A stretch of 42,527 nt of DNA from a virus. Taxonomy: Duplodnaviria > Caudoviricetes. The position numbers were made by a program, and so were the translations under genes. The notes beneath the pieces were generated by a model. It was given only the letters and a program-made list of their open reading frames with translations, searched no databases and was not told the origin of the DNA. Positions 26,705-34,936 of this stretch are shown in pieces; position 1 is the first letter of the stretch; each line of letters begins with the position of its first letter. The stretch lies in IMG/VR virus record IMGVR_UViG_3300026299_000100, positions 1 through 42,527 of that record; one strand, written 5' to 3'.

Positions 26705-26952
26705 TCCGCGTCCTCCGGCAGCCGGACCCGGCCAGGGCGGAAGATCGCCCGGTTCAACGCCATGAACCCCTGTTCCAGCTGGGTCTTGGCGATGGCCAGC
26801 CAGCGCTGGTCATAGTCCGGGTTGCCCGTAATGGTCTCGATCTGGCGCAGGAGGCGTTCCTCCGCCTCCTTGTTCTGGTTGACCAGGGCGATGCGCAGAG
26901 GATCCTGCGCCTGATAGCCTTTGACGGGCAGCCCGGCGTGTTTCTCGGTCAT
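26701..26952 (-). CDS. acb2: Acb2-like anti-CBASS cyclic-oligonucleotide sponge
   Basis: KGY-x11-N-x2-K and RWLAIAKT..EQGFMA.NRAI..P match the Acb2 signature as I recall it. Confidence 0.8.
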   Translation of the reverse strand: MTEKHAGLPVKGYQAQDPLRIALVNQNKEAEERLLRQIETITGNPDYDQRWLAIAKTQLEQGFMALNRAIFRPGRVRLPEDAE

Positions 26953-27533
26953 GCGGTCACTCCAAGGATCTCGGCCTTGATGGCCTCGGTGGTTTCAGCG
27001 GACAGGCCGCGGGCCTTGGCCGTGGTCTCGACGGCCTCGGCCAGGCGCTTCTGCACATCGGCGGTGATCTTGGCCTTGCGGTCGGCCGACAGGTTCTGCG
27101 CGACCTGGGCGGCCTTCAGCCCGTCCGCCAGGCGCTTCAGATCCTCGGGCACCACGCCATCGGCGGCATCGCCCAGCATGTGCAGGACGGTCGCCTTGAT
27201 CATCTCGGCCGCGATGATGGTCAGATCGTCGCTGGCCTGCGCATCGTGCTTCTGGGCAAGCACCGCCACGATCTCGCGGGTCTGGTCGAGGCGGCGCGAG
27301 ATTCGCGCCTGGCGGATCGAGAAGCGGTTGAAGCTGCTGAAGGCCGGGATGGCGAATTCCAGTTCGCCCCGGTGCTCGGCCATCAGCGCTTCGCAGCCGG
27401 TCACGAACTCGGCGTAGATCTCGGTCTGGGTTCGGTCCCTATCGGCAAGCGCCGCCGCAGCCGTGGCGACCAGAAGGTCAGCCTCGGAGGGCAGAAGGTC
27501 GAAACTGGAAAGGCGCCCGCGCCCGGTGGCCAT
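26949..27533 (-). CDS. Mu gp27-like (DUF3486) putative terminase small subunit
   Basis: GRGRLSS.DLLP, RTQ.EIY, S.FNR, C-terminal GLSAE....I...ILGV. Confidence 0.85.
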   Translation of the reverse strand: MATGRGRLSSFDLLPSEADLLVATAAAALADRDRTQTEIYAEFVTGCEALMAEHRGELEFAIPAFSSFNRFSIRQARISRRLDQTREIVAVLAQKHDAQASDDLTIIAAEMIKATVLHMLGDAADGVVPEDLKRLADGLKAAQVAQNLSADRKAKITADVQKRLAEAVETTAKARGLSAETTEAIKAEILGVTA

Positions 27534-27536
27534 GGC

Positions 27537-27839
27537 TCAGGCCCCCGGCAGGCCGGGGCGGTCGATGCCCTCGATCGTGATGGACAGACGCAGGTGGCGC
27601 TGGCCCTTTTCGGTGATCATCGCCACCACGACGCTGCCCGCCTTGGTCAGAGTTACGGCGCCCATCTGCTCCAGCCAGTCCAGCTCGCCATGAATCCACT
27701 CGCGCGGTCGGTCGATGCCGAACCGCATCAGCTCCTTGCTGATGTAGCCCGAGTGCATCCGGTAATCCGGCTGGCCAGCCAGCGCCTTCAGGATGATCAG
27801 GCGGGCGTCGGGGCGGATGGTGTCGTTCTCGTAGGACAT
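27537..27839 (-). CDS. Mu gp26-like winged-helix protein
   Basis: RLIILKAL...WLEQMGAV...TEKG..H....IEGI.RP. Confidence 0.8.
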   Translation of the reverse strand: MSYENDTIRPDARLIILKALAGQPDYRMHSGYISKELMRFGIDRPREWIHGELDWLEQMGAVTLTKAGSVVVAMITEKGQRHLRLSITIEGIDRPGLPGA

Positions 27840-27842
27840 GGT

Positions 27843-28202
27843 TCAGGGCTTCTTCAGGAGGTGTTCTTCGTGCCGCGCAACGATGGCTTCGAGCCTGGCC
27901 ATGATGTCGGTATTGCCCTTCATGACCGCCGACATCGCCTTCAGCTCCCCCTTCAGACCTTCCATCACCAGCTCCAGCTCGTGCATGTCATCCTTGGATG
28001 GCAGGGCCTGCTGGGCCTGCTCGACCTTCGCCACCCGCTGATCGACGAGACCGATCTGGGCGGCCAGGGCGTCCAGCCGGGCGCCGTTTTTCTTGGACGG
28101 GCCTGAGAAGATGTTCCACACGACCGTGCCAAGGTTGATCACGGTCGAGAGGGCCAGCGCCCAGAGGATCAGCACCTGGACTGTGGTTTCTTCGGGCGTC
28201 AT
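27843..28202 (-). CDS. Mu gp25-like (DUF2730) membrane-anchored coiled-coil protein
   Basis: N-terminal TM helix; LPSKDDMHELEL...L.GEL. Confidence 0.8.
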   Translation of the reverse strand: MTPEETTVQVLILWALALSTVINLGTVVWNIFSGPSKKNGARLDALAAQIGLVDQRVAKVEQAQQALPSKDDMHELELVMEGLKGELKAMSAVMKGNTDIMARLEAIVARHEEHLLKKP

Positions 28203-28426
28203 TCGGGGGCTTTCCAGGTGCAGGCGGCGGCGAGGCCGGCGATCAGGGTCTGGCCGGTGGTGGCCGACAGATCGCCGCCGTCCTGGGCCAGGGCGGCGGC
28301 ATGTGTGCGGGCGGGCCGCTCCAGCGTGTGACAGATGGCGTTACCGCTGTTCGGGGGGGGCACCGCCTCCGAAGTCACGCAACCAGCCGCGGGCAGCATC
28401 GACAGGCAAAGGATCAGCGGTCGCAT
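28199..28426 (-). CDS. Putative o-spanin lipoprotein
   Basis: Signal peptide with lipobox-like AAG-C; overlaps the 3' end of the i-spanin in another frame. Confidence 0.7.
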   Translation of the reverse strand: MRPLILCLSMLPAAGCVTSEAVPPPNSGNAICHTLERPARTHAAALAQDGGDLSATTGQTLIAGLAAACTWKAPE

Positions 28427-28592
28427 CCTGAATTCTCCGGGTGACGTCGAGGGTTTCGGCGGTCTGATCGGCATCGCGCCGGGCCTTCTCGGCCTTATGT
28501 CGGGCGTCGCGCTCGGCAGCGGTCCAGCCGCGCACCATGGCGGCGACGAGAACGAGGATGGCGAGGCCCGCGACCAGCAGCAGGGTCTCCAT
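28341..28592 (-). CDS. Putative i-spanin
   Basis: Single N-terminal TM helix (METLLLVAGLAILVLVAAMV) followed by a charged helix; after the holin. Confidence 0.7.
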   Translation of the reverse strand: METLLLVAGLAILVLVAAMVRGWTAAERDARHKAEKARRDADQTAETLDVTRRIQDATADPLPVDAARGWLRDFGGGAPPEQR

Positions 28593-28933
28593 CAGCCCGG
28601 CCCCACCGCATCCCGCAGCTTGGCCTCGGCCAGCTGCTGCAGCACCTCGGCCGAAGGGTCGAGCGCATTCAGGGCGTCGGGAACCGACTGCGTCACATAG
28701 ACGAGCGCCGAATCCAGCACGGCCTGCCCGCTCAGCCCCTTGGAGAGTGCCGCCCGGATGCCCGACATGATGGCCGAGTGCAGCGCCTCGCGATGGCGGG
28801 CCTCGATCTCGATGCCCCAGCGGGTGCTGGCATAGGTGGTGGCGCGAAGGAGGAGCAGGCCGAGGATGACGCCGATGCCCTGCAACAGCAGCGGCAGAAG
28901 TTCGGCGGACAGCGCCGTCAGAATATCTTTCAT
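28592..28933 (-). CDS. Putative holin
   Basis: N-terminal TM segment, REALHSAI.SG, YV..SVPDAL..L; ATGA-coupled to the endolysin. Confidence 0.65.
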   Translation of the reverse strand: MKDILTALSAELLPLLLQGIGVILGLLLLRATTYASTRWGIEIEARHREALHSAIMSGIRAALSKGLSGQAVLDSALVYVTQSVPDALNALDPSAEVLQQLAEAKLRDAVGPG

Positions 28934-29811
28934 TTGAACCCCGTAGGATTGGTGGTGACAGGTTTGGCGTAGGAGGCGACGACCCAGCCCTCGCGGCCGC
29001 CGTAGAGGACGCAGAGCCACTGGCGACCGGCGAACAGGCCAGCTCGCAGGACCGGCACCACCGCGCCATTCGGGATCGTGGCTATGATGTTCGGATTGAA
29101 CGAGGGCCAGCGGCGCAGGTTCAGGCTGTCGTCGGGCACCTCGATCCGCACCATGGCCTCGCCATCATCGAACGGAATCGAACCCTGTTCCGCGGCAACA
29201 GCGCCTGGATCGTCATGGCCCAGCACAGCCGCGCGCACCTGGTCGAGCGGGAACAGGGGGTTCACATCGACCTTGCGGCCGGGGCTGACATACCAATGCG
29301 TCGTGATGTCTGTCAGCGTGGGCACGTCGCGGAAGAGACAGGTCAGCAGGTCGATCACCGCGCGCAGTTGCGGTTCGGGATAGGCCATCCAGAACCCCCG
29401 GCCGTGCTGCGGGGTCTCGACCTCCTGGATACCTGTCAGATTGACCGCAAACTGCTCGCCCCACCAGGCCTGCGCCTGGGTGTCAGACAACCGGGTCATC
29501 CGGCCGGGATTGACGATCTCGATGCCGATGGAAAAATCATTGCAGCCGTGGCGGCCGTTGAACGACGATGCCCCGGCGTGATTGGCGCGGCGGTTGGTGG
29601 CGATGTGCTGGCTGACCGAGCCGTCGATTTCGACAACGAAGTGGACGCTGGCCTTGGCTGTGTTCTTCGACGCCAGATATGCGGCGCTGTTGCCCTTGGT
29701 CAGCCTGCCGGCCGTGTCGTGCAGCACCACGATGGTCGGCGTGATCTGGCCGCCGGTGTAGTAGGCGGCGGTGAAAGGCAGGCCCTCGACCCTGTGGTTC
29801 TTGATGCGCAT
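28930..29811 (-). CDS. Endolysin: N-acetylmuramoyl-L-alanine amidase (Amidase_2) with C-terminal SH3b-like domain
   Basis: VVLHDTAG, SVHFVV, HAG.S, SIGIEIVN, THWYVSPGRKVD; LNLRRWPS...GWV. Confidence 0.92.
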   Translation of the reverse strand: MRIKNHRVEGLPFTAAYYTGGQITPTIVVLHDTAGRLTKGNSAAYLASKNTAKASVHFVVEIDGSVSQHIATNRRANHAGASSFNGRHGCNDFSIGIEIVNPGRMTRLSDTQAQAWWGEQFAVNLTGIQEVETPQHGRGFWMAYPEPQLRAVIDLLTCLFRDVPTLTDITTHWYVSPGRKVDVNPLFPLDQVRAAVLGHDDPGAVAAEQGSIPFDDGEAMVRIEVPDDSLNLRRWPSFNPNIIATIPNGAVVPVLRAGLFAGRQWLCVLYGGREGWVVASYAKPVTTNPTGFK

Positions 29812-29835
29812 CGCGGCCCCCTGGATGATGGGGCC

Positions 29836-29885
29836 AGAATGCGATGCCGCGCCGCGCCGATTAACCCGCAAGCGCTTGCGGGGTG
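29836..29885 (-). promoter_or_regulatory. Late promoter (P_lys-like): palindromic box plus -10
   Basis: Same palindrome CCCGCAAGCGCTTGCGGG (29865..29882), 23 nt spacer, CATTCT. Confidence 0.7.
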
Positions 29886-29888
29886 ATC

Positions 29889-30254
29889 CTAGAACAGGCT
29901 CATCTGTCGGGCGTCGGACGGTGCTGGCGATGCTCCGGCGGCCAGATATTTGCGCACGGTGACATCGGTCGTGTGCAGCCTGCGGGCAATTTCGGCAACT
30001 GGCAAGCCCCGATCACCCAGCACCTGCGCGATCCAGATCTTGCCCGTCGGCACCCGGCTGGGCAGCTGGTATTCATCGGCGCGCGCCGCCAGGGCTGCGG
30101 CCAGCTCGGCGCCGACCACATCGACCAGGCGCGACCGCCGTGGCGACCGGAAAAACGCCAGCTCCGCCCCGCCAAACGCAAGCAGGAATTCGACGGCCAG
30201 ATCCTCGCCAAGGATCTCGACATAGGGGGCCAGATGGGCGGGCGGGCGGATCAT
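29889..30254 (-). CDS. Putative late transcription activator (Mor/C position, C-terminal HTH)
   Basis: PPAHL.PYVE.LG...FLL.FGG; GLPVAEIARRLHTTDVTVRKYL HTH; directly before the lysis genes. Confidence 0.75.
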   Translation of the reverse strand: MIRPPAHLAPYVEILGEDLAVEFLLAFGGAELAFFRSPRRSRLVDVVGAELAAALAARADEYQLPSRVPTGKIWIAQVLGDRGLPVAEIARRLHTTDVTVRKYLAAGASPAPSDARQMSLF

Positions 30255-30568
30255 CGGGCGAATTCCAATGCCCAGATCTCGGCATGCAATTTCCGGTGCC
30301 ACGCAGAGACGCCGGTCTCATCCGACAGCAGCCAGCCAGGGAAAACCCTGAGGGCCAGAGCCTCCGGCAGAATGGCGATCCGCGCTTCGAAGAGCTCGCA
30401 AGCGCGCTGGCTGGCGGCCATCGTCGACCGCCAGCCCGGCCCATTGCTGTGCAACTGCCGCCAGCGCGCGGTGATCAACGGCCCGTCATCGAGCTGCGTT
30501 ACCCGATACCAGCGACCGCCCGCGCCGTTGGCGAATTCCGACAACCCTGCCTGACCCTGCCAGATCAT
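30251..30568 (-). CDS. Hypothetical protein
   Basis: ATGA-coupled ORF. Confidence 0.55.
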   Translation of the reverse strand: MIWQGQAGLSEFANGAGGRWYRVTQLDDGPLITARWRQLHSNGPGWRSTMAASQRACELFEARIAILPEALALRVFPGWLLSDETGVSAWHRKLHAEIWALEFAR

Positions 30569-30816
30569 TCGGACCTCAGCCTCCCGCCGCGCGGCAGCCG
30601 TCGCAGCGCGATGACCTCGCGTTCGATGTGGTCCATCCGGCCAGGCAGGCAGGCCACCTTTCCGACGAGGGTTTCATAGGCGGTGCGCTGCGATACTTCG
30701 AAATCGAGCCGCAACCGCAGATCCCGGTTCTCGCCCTCCAGATGGCCGATCCGGTCCAGCAGCTCCAGAAAGGCTGCCTCGAGATGGCTGATCCGGTCCT
30801 CGGGTGTCGCGGTCAT
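30565..30816 (-). CDS. Hypothetical coiled-coil protein
   Basis: ATGA-coupled; heptad pattern. Confidence 0.6.
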   Translation of the reverse strand: MTATPEDRISHLEAAFLELLDRIGHLEGENRDLRLRLDFEVSQRTAYETLVGKVACLPGRMDHIEREVIALRRLPRGGRLRSE

Positions 30817-31379
30817 GGCGCCACCCCGAACTTGCCCGTCTCGTCACCCCAGCTGGTCCAGCCGGGGCGGTCCTGGCGGCTGAAGAGATCCAGGCGAAGC
30901 ACGTCAGGCATCAACCTTTCAGCTGCCAGATAAGCCTCATCGGGCTTGCGGCTGTTTTCACGGCGGACGCCAAAAATGGTATCCCGAACGCTCTTCGTCG
31001 TCCTGGGGGCGCCGCGAGTGCCGATCAGGAAGGGCTCGCCCGCGTTCCTGAAGATGTAGCCTGTGCCGAAAGCCTGCTTTCCGCTCTTGATCATCTTGGG
31101 CCACCAGCCCATGGTCTTCAGCTCGAAACCCCAAGCCTCCAGTACGGCGATTCCGTGCTTCAGCTGGGCTGGACGCGTCCAAAGCCAGAGCAGGCAGTTC
31201 GGGGAGGCGAGCATTTCGACGGGAAAAGCGCAGATCTCGTCGATTGGCATGGTCCGGTAATGCGATTCCGGGCTTTTCTTCAGCCCCTTTTCAGAGCGCA
31301 TCTCGGTTTTCCATGGCGGGTCGGCCATGATCAGCCCAAAGCCACCTGCCGGGCGCAGGGCGGCGAAGTCGGCCATCAT
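30813..31379 (-). CDS. MT-A70 family adenine methyltransferase
   Basis: IMADPPW, HY.TM, LLWLW, WGF, FGTGY..R..E..LIG.RG, SRKPDE, LDLFSR...GW..WGDE. Confidence 0.92.
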   Translation of the reverse strand: MMADFAALRPAGGFGLIMADPPWKTEMRSEKGLKKSPESHYRTMPIDEICAFPVEMLASPNCLLWLWTRPAQLKHGIAVLEAWGFELKTMGWWPKMIKSGKQAFGTGYIFRNAGEPFLIGTRGAPRTTKSVRDTIFGVRRENSRKPDEAYLAAERLMPDVLRLDLFSRQDRPGWTSWGDETGKFGVAP

Positions 31380-31630
31380 CGTTCCCCTCCTTCGCGGCGC
31401 AGCTTGGGTGAGGTCAGCGCCTTATCGCGCCGCATGACCGTGGTGACGTGCCTCCCGGTAATCGTGTAGCGCCAGCCCTCGGACACCAGCGCCGCGGCCT
31501 CCAGTTCGACCGCCTGGGCCAGCTTGATCTCCATCGCGCGGCGGTGGCTGTCGACATCGATGCCGATCACCCGCTCCAGATAGCGCAGGAGGGCATGGTC
31601 GGTGATGATGGGGCTGCGGGCCTCGGACAT
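31376..31630 (-). CDS. Hypothetical phage protein (TDHALLRYLER motif)
   Basis: ITDHA..RY.ERV.G.D motif and C-terminal VTTV. Confidence 0.7.
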   Translation of the reverse strand: MSEARSPIITDHALLRYLERVIGIDVDSHRRAMEIKLAQAVELEAAALVSEGWRYTITGRHVTTVMRRDKALTSPKLRREGGER

Positions 31631-31633
31631 GGA

Positions 31634-32074
31634 TCAGGCCTCGATCCCGACGCGTTTACACATGCCTTTAAGGGCCTCGATCACCGTGGCGATCTGCTTC
31701 CAGTCGCGCATGCTGTCCACGTCGATCGGCACGGCACCCCAGCTCTTCTCGAACCGTGCACGGATGAACGCGTTGAGGCCAGTGGCACCCGGCACCTGGA
31801 CCGCGCCGGCGCGGACGAGCTTGCCCCAGAGCACATGGCACATCCGCACGTCGGCGCGGCGGGCCGGATTGCGCCAGCCTTTCTTGCCGGCCGAGGCGGG
31901 CGCGGTCTTGAAGCCCCGCGCCTTCAGGGCATCCAGCACCAGCTGCTGCTCGGCCGCAGTCATGTCGCGCAGTGAGGACTTGCCGGTCGCCACCAGCTGC
32001 AGGGCGCGCCGGGTGTCGGGATCAAGGCCGAGCTGGCGGCAGGCGACATGGATGGTTTTCAGGAGGGCGGTCAT
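31634..32074 (-). CDS. gemA: GemA (Mu gp16) family regulator
   Basis: IHVA..QLGLD...R..L...TGKSS...M...E...V...L...GF; LW..L; VIEALK. Confidence 0.9.
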   Translation of the reverse strand: MTALLKTIHVACRQLGLDPDTRRALQLVATGKSSLRDMTAAEQQLVLDALKARGFKTAPASAGKKGWRNPARRADVRMCHVLWGKLVRAGAVQVPGATGLNAFIRARFEKSWGAVPIDVDSMRDWKQIATVIEALKGMCKRVGIEA

Positions 32075-32316
32075 GGCGTCACCTCGGGTGGTGGTAAAGC
32101 GAGGGGCTTCCTGCGGCTCCGCTGTCTTGCAGCCTCCGCCTGCAACTTCTCGACGGCAGCGAGCTCGCGCAGCGCATAGGCGAGGGCGAATGTGTCGTCG
32201 GTCTCGACCGTGATTGTGATGGTCGCCCGCGCACCCTTTGTGCGGGCGGTAAAGCCCTTCAGGCGCAGGCGCTCTTGTTCGCCAGCCGAGATGGAAAACA
32301 CTGCATATTCGGTCAT
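32071..32316 (-). CDS. Hypothetical protein
   Basis: ATGA-coupled; start MTEYAVF. Confidence 0.6.
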   Translation of the reverse strand: MTEYAVFSISAGEQERLRLKGFTARTKGARATITITVETDDTFALAYALRELAAVEKLQAEAARQRSRRKPLALPPPEVTP

Positions 32317-32624
32317 TGCGGCCTCCCGATGATGCGCATCGACTCGGCAAGCACGGCCCGGCGATGGACCGGGCAGAGGGGCGAGAACATGTGCCCGCCG
32401 CAGACAAGCATCGCGGACGGCCAGGAGCCGGGGTCTGCCGGATCCGGGCAGGTGCAACCTTGTGCTTGCGCCTCTGGTGTGGCGGGCACGACAATGGTCA
32501 GATCCAGCGAGGTCACGATGCGGCCCTCCGCTTCGCCTGACCCTTCGCGCGGCGCAGCTGGGCCAGCGCCATGAGGGCAGGCTTCACCTCGTCTGAGGTC
32601 AGACAGTTTGCCGGACATGGTCAT
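32313..32624 (-). CDS. Hypothetical Cys-rich protein
   Basis: EAQAQGCTCP...CPVH motif; coupled. Confidence 0.55.
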   Translation of the reverse strand: MTMSGKLSDLRRGEACPHGAGPAAPREGSGEAEGRIVTSLDLTIVVPATPEAQAQGCTCPDPADPGSWPSAMLVCGGHMFSPLCPVHRRAVLAESMRIIGRPQ

Positions 32625-32935
32625 TCTCCAATGAGACGTTGACTGCGAGTGACGGACAGGTGCGAGCTGACGCCGCGCACCGGGAAAGCCTCGGCCGTGC
32701 GGTGGCGCAGCGGGCGCGCGAGCTGATCGCGCACCATTCTTTCGATCCAGTCGGGATCGACCCCCGCCAGGGAGCAGACTTCACGGAAAGCGGCGCTGCC
32801 GATCCAGCGGCGCGCGGCCAGCGGATCGCTGCCCCGGATCTGCATCAGATCCCGTTCCCGGATGGCCAGCACCAGCTGCTCGCCCAGAACGGCAAGCAAG
32901 AGACACCGCTCCGGGCTGGTGGGGCGGGTGGACAT
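32621..32935 (-). CDS. Hypothetical phage protein
   Basis: ARRWI.S..FREVC.LAG.DP motif. Confidence 0.65.
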   Translation of the reverse strand: MSTRPTSPERCLLLAVLGEQLVLAIRERDLMQIRGSDPLAARRWIGSAAFREVCSLAGVDPDWIERMVRDQLARPLRHRTAEAFPVRGVSSHLSVTRSQRLIGE

Positions 32936-33186
32936 CAGACCTCCCCCGCTTCGGCTGCATCGAGGGCGTCCGCCAGCACCCGCAAGAAGGGCGCGACCGT
33001 CTGATCGGAGGTGCTGCCGGAGTATTCCTCAGCCAGCAACTCGGCGTAGGCCTCGGCCTCTTCGGACGTCGGGCAGCGGGTGGCCAGCTCAGCAAGCAGG
33101 TCCAGCGTCATCCTGAGGTCATTGGAGAGCTGCCGCGCAGCCTCATCCACGTCGATGGACGTTCCCACATAGAAGGGCATGATCAC
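32935..33186 (-). CDS. Hypothetical acidic protein
   Basis: Coupled ORF rich in Asp/Glu. Confidence 0.55.
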   Translation of the reverse strand: MIMPFYVGTSIDVDEAARQLSNDLRMTLDLLAELATRCPTSEEAEAYAELLAEEYSGSTSDQTVAPFLRVLADALDAAEAGEV

Positions 33187-33362
33187 AAAGCTCCTCTCGA
33201 TTTGGGGTCAACACCGCGGTCACGCAGCTGCTCCAGCTGCGCGATCTTGTCCTGCAGCGTCTGGATGGCTTCGTCCCAGCTCATCCCGCCATGGCGCAGT
33301 GCGAGACGGATCTCGTCATTGATCCCCATGAACAGGGCCTTCTGGGTGCGCGACCGTTGCAT
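33183..33362 (-). CDS. Small hypothetical protein (59 aa, not in the ORF track)
   Basis: MQRSRTQKALFMGINDEIRLAL...; TAATG overlap with gam and GTGA overlap downstream fill the gap exactly. Confidence 0.6.
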   Translation of the reverse strand: MQRSRTQKALFMGINDEIRLALRHGGMSWDEAIQTLQDKIAQLEQLRDRGVDPKSRGAL

Positions 33363-33898
33363 TAGGTGGCCTCGCGCAACTCGGTCTCGAAGGGCTCGAC
33401 CGCGAAATCCTCGCCGTCCGATGCGATGGCGACACCGCGGATGGCGGTTGCGGCCGCGCGGTCGTCCAGCATGGCCTCCTTGTTGATCTCGACCTTCTCG
33501 CGCAGGAAGCGCTGGCCCAGACCCATGGCGCGGATCGCGGCGATCACCGCCTCCGCCCCCCGGATCGTCACCTTGGCGGGCTTCTGGCGCCAGCTGATCT
33601 CGCCGGTGGCAAAGCGGTGGAACTTGACCTTGCCGCCATTGGTCAGGCGGTCGCGGTTGGCCTCGGCGAAGATCCGCAGGCCCTCGACCTTGCCCTGCGC
33701 CGCATCGCGCAGGGGCGCGACCTTCTCGCCGTACTCCTGCTGCAGGGCGGCGATCTTGTCGTTCATCTCGGCTTCCAGGCGGATGATGTCGCGGTTCACA
33801 TCGCCCAGGGACCGGATGGTCTCGCGGGCTTCGCTGTCGTTCTGCGGCACCGGCAGGTTGACGCCGGCGGTTTTCACTTTGGTTTTCGGCTTTGCCAT
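33362..33898 (-). CDS. gam: Mu Gam host-nuclease inhibitor
   Basis: PQ...A...I..LG; EANRD.LT..GKVK...F.TGEI.WR..P; FLR.K.EINKEA.L; EDF.VEPFE. Confidence 0.93.
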   Translation of the reverse strand: MAKPKTKVKTAGVNLPVPQNDSEARETIRSLGDVNRDIIRLEAEMNDKIAALQQEYGEKVAPLRDAAQGKVEGLRIFAEANRDRLTNGGKVKFHRFATGEISWRQKPAKVTIRGAEAVIAAIRAMGLGQRFLREKVEINKEAMLDDRAAATAIRGVAIASDGEDFAVEPFETELREAT

Positions 33899-33901
33899 GG
33901 G

Positions 33902-34123
33902 TCAGTCCTTCAAGGTCGGTTTGATCAGGGTTTCAGGCGGGGCCTGGTTGGGCGGGGTGGGCACCAGGCCGAGGTGGACCAGCGCGCAGGCCATGGCGCC
34001 GATCTCCTCGACCGAGACCCTGGTCAGCCCACGGATGCCGTCCCGGTCGATCAGCCCGACCGCGCGGGACGCGGTTTCCAGCATCAGGCGGGTGCTGGCG
34101 AAGGGCGTGGGGTCAGGCGGCAT
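33902..34123 (-). CDS. Hypothetical protein
   Basis: Start MPPDPTPF with SD GGGAGG. Confidence 0.6.
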   Translation of the reverse strand: MPPDPTPFASTRLMLETASRAVGLIDRDGIRGLTRVSVEEIGAMACALVHLGLVPTPPNQAPPETLIKPTLKD

Positions 34124-34553
34124 GGGCGCCTCCCAGGAGGGCGGCAGCGGCCTTGCGGGCGTCGGCGTCCGACAGGGCCGCATCGGCCAGCACAGCACGG
34201 GCGGCGATGATGCTGTATGGGCCGGGCGTTGCCGGGGCCGCGACCCATGCGACGATCTCGCCGCGCAGCTGGCGCATCCTGGCGCGGTATTCCGGCTCGG
34301 CCCCGATACGGTCGGCCACCTTGCAGACGGCTTCGACGACGGTGGCCTGGTGACGGCCACCTAGCAGCTGGCCGATCTGGGCGGCAGGCGCGGCTGTCAG
34401 GTCGCGGAGCAGCCACATGACCTCGTGGCGGGGCCGAGACACCGGCCGGGCCTTGCTGTCTGCCGTCAACTCGTGCAGCGGCACCTGTGCGATGGTGCAA
34501 TAGGCCGCCAGCACATCGGCCGGGGCAAGGAAGTGACGGGCGGGCTGGTTCAT
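34113..34553 (-). CDS. DnaA C-terminal (domain IV)-like HTH protein
   Basis: R.VSRPRH..MWL.R.LT......IG..LGGRHQATV. Confidence 0.8.
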   Translation of the reverse strand: MNQPARHFLAPADVLAAYCTIAQVPLHELTADSKARPVSRPRHEVMWLLRDLTAAPAAQIGQLLGGRHQATVVEAVCKVADRIGAEPEYRARMRQLRGEIVAWVAAPATPGPYSIIAARAVLADAALSDADARKAAAALLGGAHAA

Positions 34554-34936
34554 TCCTCGACGTCCTTCTGGCTCTGGTTGCGGGGGCATTTCAGGCAGGC
34601 CCGGTACATCCGGGACCGCAGTGGGGAGGCGAGCACGAACTCGCGGGCCTTCTCGCGCCAGTCCTGGCACTTGTCGGTGGCAAGGTTTCCGAGCGCTGGG
34701 CAATCGACGGTGCCAGCCATCAGGACGCCACGGATCCGCTCCTCGATCCGGGCGGTGCTGGCGGGGTAGCTGTTGCGCAACACCTGGCTGACCACGGCGC
34801 CGGTGCGGTCCAGCTGCCGCGCGACGGCGGCCTGGCTGGTCCGGGCACACGCCAGGGCCAGCGCCTCGACCCAATCGGGCAGGTCGGCGCCCCAATGTGC
34901 GCGGGCGAGGTCGAGTTGTGATGTGGGGGTGATCAT
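34550..34936 (-). CDS. HTH DNA-binding protein with C-terminal Cys motif
   Basis: SQAAVARQL......VSQVL...Y; V.CP.LG...C; AC..CP. Confidence 0.75.
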   Translation of the reverse strand: MITPTSQLDLARAHWGADLPDWVEALALACARTSQAAVARQLDRTGAVVSQVLRNSYPASTARIEERIRGVLMAGTVDCPALGNLATDKCQDWREKAREFVLASPLRSRMYRACLKCPRNQSQKDVEE

